DNA of 64,000 nucleotides from Thermoanaerobaculia bacterium (GTDB taxonomy: Bacteria; Acidobacteriota; Thermoanaerobaculia; UBA5066): NCBI GenBank assembly GCA_963719225.1, contig CAVRAY010000001.1, positions 2,816,001 to 2,880,000 of the forward strand. Reading direction: 5' to 3'. The notes under the pieces were generated by a model. The model made no database searches, was not told the DNA's origin, and saw nothing but the letters and a program-made list of their open reading frames with translations. The position numbers and the translations under genes are program-made. Below are positions 60,430 to 64,000 of the stretch, in pieces; positions within the stretch are counted from its first letter, which is position 1, and each line of letters opens with the position of its first letter.

Positions 60430-60675
60430 TTCGAATGAAACGAGCCGCCGGATCAGGGCGTTGTAGCGCGAATGGGCCGAGTTCGGATCGGAGAGCGCGA
60501 GGAGCGCGTAGAGCCGATCCTTGGGCGATGAGAGGGGCTCGGGGATCTGGAGACCGATTCGCCGAAGGCGAGCCGCACCGATCGAAACGAGAAGCGCTTC
60601 CTGAGAATCGACCGCGCGAGAGAGGTCTTCGATCCCTCGTGCGACGAATTCGGCCCCCGGCAGATTTTCGGTCAC
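60430..60675 (-). pseudogene. Truncated small hypothetical gene (…RYNALIRRLVSFE)
   Basis: Coherent N-terminal ~80 aa of ORF 59887-60675; its likely 3' end lies inverted at 60297-60319. Confidence 0.55.
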
Positions 60676-60706
60676 AAACCGATGATACGCGGCGCTTCGT
60701 GGCCGG

Positions 60707-61546
60707 TCAGAAGGGCCTGAAGACTCGCACGGAGCCGCTGCGACCCTCCTCGCCCGCCGTCGCGACGAAGAGGCGCCCGTCCGGGCTGAACGCCAGCGCG
60801 ACCGGCGGGCCTTCGCCGCCCGGCGAAAACGAGCGCACCCTTTTCCCTTCGTTGTCGAGCTGCGTCAATTCGCGTCCCTCGATCGCCCAGGCGCCGCCGC
60901 CGGGCGCCGTGCGGCAGATGACGGCCTGAAGGCGCGCTCGCGCGCACGGGCCCCCAGGGAGATCGGGCTTCTGCACGGGCTGCTGTTTCACCTCCGCGGC
61001 GCCGCGCCCGTCGAGAGCGCACCGGACGATCCGTCCCGAGGCGTCCGTGAGGAAAAGCGAGCCGGAGTCGACGGCGATGCCCGTGGGATTTCGCGCGCCC
61101 TCGACCTCGAACGCTCCTACCTCCGCAACGCCGCTCACCGCCCCGAGAATCACGACGAGCGAGGTCTCGGGAGAGAACGCGACGGGAGAGGCCCGGAAGA
61201 GCTGCCCCGCCACGTCCGTCTTCTTCCGGACCCGGTCCCAGGCGGGCGGCGCGCCCGCGGAGGCGTCGATCGGGTGCGTCGTCTCGCGTCCGCCTTCGTG
61301 CCGCGTCTCGGTGACGGAGACGAGGTCGATCCTCGGCGAAAGGACGTCGCCGTCCGTCTCGTTCGCGAGGCGCACGGGCGTGACGAACGTCCCGCCGATC
61401 AGGTCGGCACCTTCGAGCGAGAGAACGAGCGCTCCCTTCACGCCGGGCACCTTCAGGGTGAAGCGGTCGATCGGAACGGACTTTCCGCCCTCCGCGAGCG
61501 CGATCGCGAAGGCCAGACCGGCCGTGGCGAGGGAAGTCGTTGCCAT
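60707..61546 (-). CDS. Secreted hypothetical protein with NHL/beta-propeller-like repeats
   Basis: NPTGIAVDSGSLFLTD and PVALAFSPDGRLFVA repeats. Confidence 0.6.
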   Translation of the reverse strand: MATTSLATAGLAFAIALAEGGKSVPIDRFTLKVPGVKGALVLSLEGADLIGGTFVTPVRLANETDGDVLSPRIDLVSVTETRHEGGRETTHPIDASAGAPPAWDRVRKKTDVAGQLFRASPVAFSPETSLVVILGAVSGVAEVGAFEVEGARNPTGIAVDSGSLFLTDASGRIVRCALDGRGAAEVKQQPVQKPDLPGGPCARARLQAVICRTAPGGGAWAIEGRELTQLDNEGKRVRSFSPGGEGPPVALAFSPDGRLFVATAGEEGRSGSVRVFRPF

Positions 61547-61552
61547 ATCGCC

Positions 61553-63223
61553 TCAGCGCCCCGCGTCCTTGTCGCGCCTCACGACCACCTTTTGGCCGCG
61601 GATCATCGTGCCCCGGAGGGCGCGCATGACGGAATCGGCGATCTTCTCCGGCACCTCGACGAGCGAGAACCGCTCGGCGATCTGGATCGAGCCGACGTCG
61701 CGGGGGCTGACCTTCGCTTCGTTGACGATGGCCCCCACGAGATCCCCGGGGCGGACGCCCGCCGCGCGGCCCGCGCCGACGAAGATGCTCGCCGCGTTGC
61801 CCGGCTCCCTGGACCCGGACTTGTATTTCGTCCCGGCTCTCGGCGCCCGCGGCGGCGGAGGCGCGGCGACCGCCGGAATCTCGTGCTCGTCCCCGACCGA
61901 CCCCGAGCCCGCCGCGGAGGGGTCCGCCAGCTTCACGGCCGCCGCGGCCACGTCCATCGGGTCGAATTCCTCGGCGAGCGATTCGACGACGACGCGATAA
62001 TCCTCGAGCCCGCCGGCGAGGATCGACTCGCGGAGAGACGCGCGGGTCAGCTCGAGGCGCTTCGCGCGCAGGTCGGCGACCGTGGGCACGCTCGCGACCT
62101 CGATCTTCTGCTTCGTCAGGCGCTCGATGTTGCGGAGCTGCCAGTGCTCGCGCGGCTCGGCGAGCGTGATCGCGACTCCTTCGCGTCCCGCGCGCCCCGT
62201 CCGGCCGATGCGATGGACGTAGAGCTCGGGAGAGGACGGGACGTCGTAGTTGACGACGTGCGAGAGGTGCCCGATGTCGAGGCCGCGGGCCGCCACGTCC
62301 GTTGCGACGAGAAGCTCGAGCGTTCCCGCACGGAATTTCTTCATGACGCGGTCCCGGTGCTCCTGCGACATCCCGCCGTGCATCGCCTCCACGCGCAGAC
62401 CCCGGCCCTTGAGGGTCTCGGTCAGGTCGTCGACCTCGAGACGCGTGCGGCAGAAGACGAGGGCGCCGGCGGGGCTTTCGAGATCGAGGATGCGCCCGAG
62501 CGCCGCTCGCTTGTGGCCGCGGGCCACGACGTAGGCCGTCTGCCGGACCTTCGGCATCTTCCCGGGCGCCGTCTTCTCTTTCTCGATCGCGATGCGGACC
62601 GGCTCGCGAAGGTGCCGCGCCGCGAGGGTCGCGATGCGCGGGGGAAGCGTGGCGGAGAACAGCGCGGTCTGGCGCGCCTTCGGAGTCGCCGCGAGGATCG
62701 CGTCGAGGTCCTCGGCGAATCCCATGTCGAGCATCTCGTCGGCCTCGTCGAGGACGAGCGTACGGAGGCCGCCGAGAGCGAGCGAGCGGCGGTTCACGTG
62801 ATCGAGCGCGCGCCCGGGCGTCGCGACGACGACGTCCACCCCGCGCTTCAGGGCCTTCAGCTGCGTCTCCATCGACGCGCCTCCGTAGACGGGGAGGACG
62901 CGGACGCCGATCTCGCGGCCGTACCGGTGGATCGCCTCGGCGAGCTGCATCGCGAGCTCGCGGGTCGGCACGAGAACGAGGACCGTCGGCGCGACTCCCC
63001 TTTCGGTCTCCCCCCCGATGCGGTGGAGGATCGGGAGCGCGAATGCGGCCGTCTTCCCGGTGCCCGTCGCCGCCTGCGCGAAAACGTCACGGCCCTCGAG
63101 GAGCGGCGGGATCGCCGCGCTCTGGATGGGTGTGGGCTCCTCGTACCCCAGGGCGGCGAGCGCGCTCACGAGGCGCGCGTCGAGGCCGAGGGCCGCGAAG
63201 GGAGACGTGGGGGTCTCGTGCAC
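61553..63223 (-). CDS. deaD: DEAD-box RNA helicase (DeaD/CsdA-like with DbpA RNA-binding domain)
   Basis: PTPIQ, ATGTGKT, PTRELA, DEAD, SAT, HRIGRTGRAG; C-terminal GVRPGDLVGAI. Confidence 0.93.
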   Translation of the reverse strand: MHETPTSPFAALGLDARLVSALAALGYEEPTPIQSAAIPPLLEGRDVFAQAATGTGKTAAFALPILHRIGGETERGVAPTVLVLVPTRELAMQLAEAIHRYGREIGVRVLPVYGGASMETQLKALKRGVDVVVATPGRALDHVNRRSLALGGLRTLVLDEADEMLDMGFAEDLDAILAATPKARQTALFSATLPPRIATLAARHLREPVRIAIEKEKTAPGKMPKVRQTAYVVARGHKRAALGRILDLESPAGALVFCRTRLEVDDLTETLKGRGLRVEAMHGGMSQEHRDRVMKKFRAGTLELLVATDVAARGLDIGHLSHVVNYDVPSSPELYVHRIGRTGRAGREGVAITLAEPREHWQLRNIERLTKQKIEVASVPTVADLRAKRLELTRASLRESILAGGLEDYRVVVESLAEEFDPMDVAAAAVKLADPSAAGSGSVGDEHEIPAVAAPPPPRAPRAGTKYKSGSREPGNAASIFVGAGRAAGVRPGDLVGAIVNEAKVSPRDVGSIQIAERFSLVEVPEKIADSVMRALRGTMIRGQKVVVRRDKDAGR

Positions 63224-63243
63224 GGCCCCATTCTGACGCTCTC

Positions 63244-63732
63244 TCAGCGGATGGCCTCGAAAACCCCCGTGCCCCGGTCCTTCCTCACGTTGTCCCACGC
63301 GAACCAGCGGCCGTTCATGGCGACGTAGATGCCGGCCGGCAGCGACTGGACGAAGGAAACCGCGCTCCCGAGGTTGAAGAGGCCGTCGGAGCTCCCGAAC
63401 GCCCACGGCACCATCGCGCCGGTCAGGACGATCGTCTTGCCCGTTCCGGCGGCGGCGAGAGCGGCGGCCGTCTCGACCATCGTGTCGGTGCCGTGCGTGA
63501 TCACGATCCAGCTCTCGGGAGCCTCACGGCAGCGCCGGACGATCGTCTCGCGGTCGGCGGACGTCATCTCGAGGCTGTCGATCATCATCAGCGTCTCGAC
63601 CGAGACCGGCACCCGGCAGCGGCCGAGCCGGAGCATTTCCTGTATGTGCGTGTCCTTGAAGAAAAGGCGGCCCTTCAGCTCGTCGTACTCCTTGTCGAAC
63701 GTCCCGCCCGTCACGAGGATGCGGATGGCCAT
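63244..63732 (-). CDS. Short asparaginase-domain protein
   Basis: TGGTFDK, HGTDTM, LTGAM. Confidence 0.88.
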   Translation of the reverse strand: MAIRILVTGGTFDKEYDELKGRLFFKDTHIQEMLRLGRCRVPVSVETLMMIDSLEMTSADRETIVRRCREAPESWIVITHGTDTMVETAAALAAAGTGKTIVLTGAMVPWAFGSSDGLFNLGSAVSFVQSLPAGIYVAMNGRWFAWDNVRKDRGTGVFEAIR

Positions 63733-63773
63733 CGGGTCGGACCTCCTTCGCCCTCATTCTGTAACATCAGCCC

Positions 63774-64000
63774 GTGAAGGTCTTCGCGTCGATCACGCCG
63801 CATCTTTCCGTCGGGGACCGCTGTGGTCCGGTGTTTTTCGCGGGTCCGTGCGTGATCGAGTCGCGCGCGCACGCCCTGAAGATGGCGAAGGAGCTCAAAA
63901 GAGCCTTCGAGGACGCCGGCGTCGCGGACCGCCTCGTCTACAAATCCTCCTTCGACAAGGCGAACCGGAGCGCCCGGGCGAGCTTCCGGGGACCCGGGAT
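63774..64000 (+). CDS. kdsA: KDO-8-phosphate synthase (partial, runs off the window)
   Basis: Manual translation: [10 protein letters not shown]...[11 protein letters not shown]...FRGPG. Confidence 0.93.
   Translation, partial: MKVFASITPHLSVGDRCGPVFFAGPCVIESRAHALKMAKELKRAFEDAGVADRLVYKSSFDKANRSARASFRGPG

Overview
High-GC bacterial chromosome segment, inferred from gene content and style to be Acidobacteriota-like. It carries mostly core genes: dnaE2 (with one frameshift), two tandem M28 peptidases, and the yceD-rpmF-plsX-fabH-fabD-fabG-acpP-fabF cluster, which is interrupted by a regulator/diiron-enzyme/BrnTA insert. Next come a GT4/WcaJ polysaccharide operon, an NfnAB(SudAB)-rubrerythrin fusion, a Rieske/cytochrome b-nonaheme/tetraheme/NrfCD respiratory operon, MoxR-DUF58-transglutaminase, manC, murB, pgpA, recA, purH, lolA, yajQ, a prenyl synthase and kdsB-pyrG. 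A 2-oxoacid:ferredoxin oxidoreductase/acyl-CoA ligase block, a DEAD-box helicase, a short asparaginase and the start of kdsA close the window. The most striking unexplained signal is a dispersed AT-rich DNA motif (about GAGATTTCTTMGAARG, core TTC-N3-GAA). It occurs more than 20 times, inside genes in several frames and on both strands, and often as convergent pairs 74-95 bp apart, which suggests an undescribed protein-binding or chromosome-organising site system. Other notable items are a micro-scrambled pseudogene patch at 60.06-60.68 kb, many apparently leaderless genes and a small REP-like hairpin family. No rRNA, tRNA, CRISPR array or transposase was seen.
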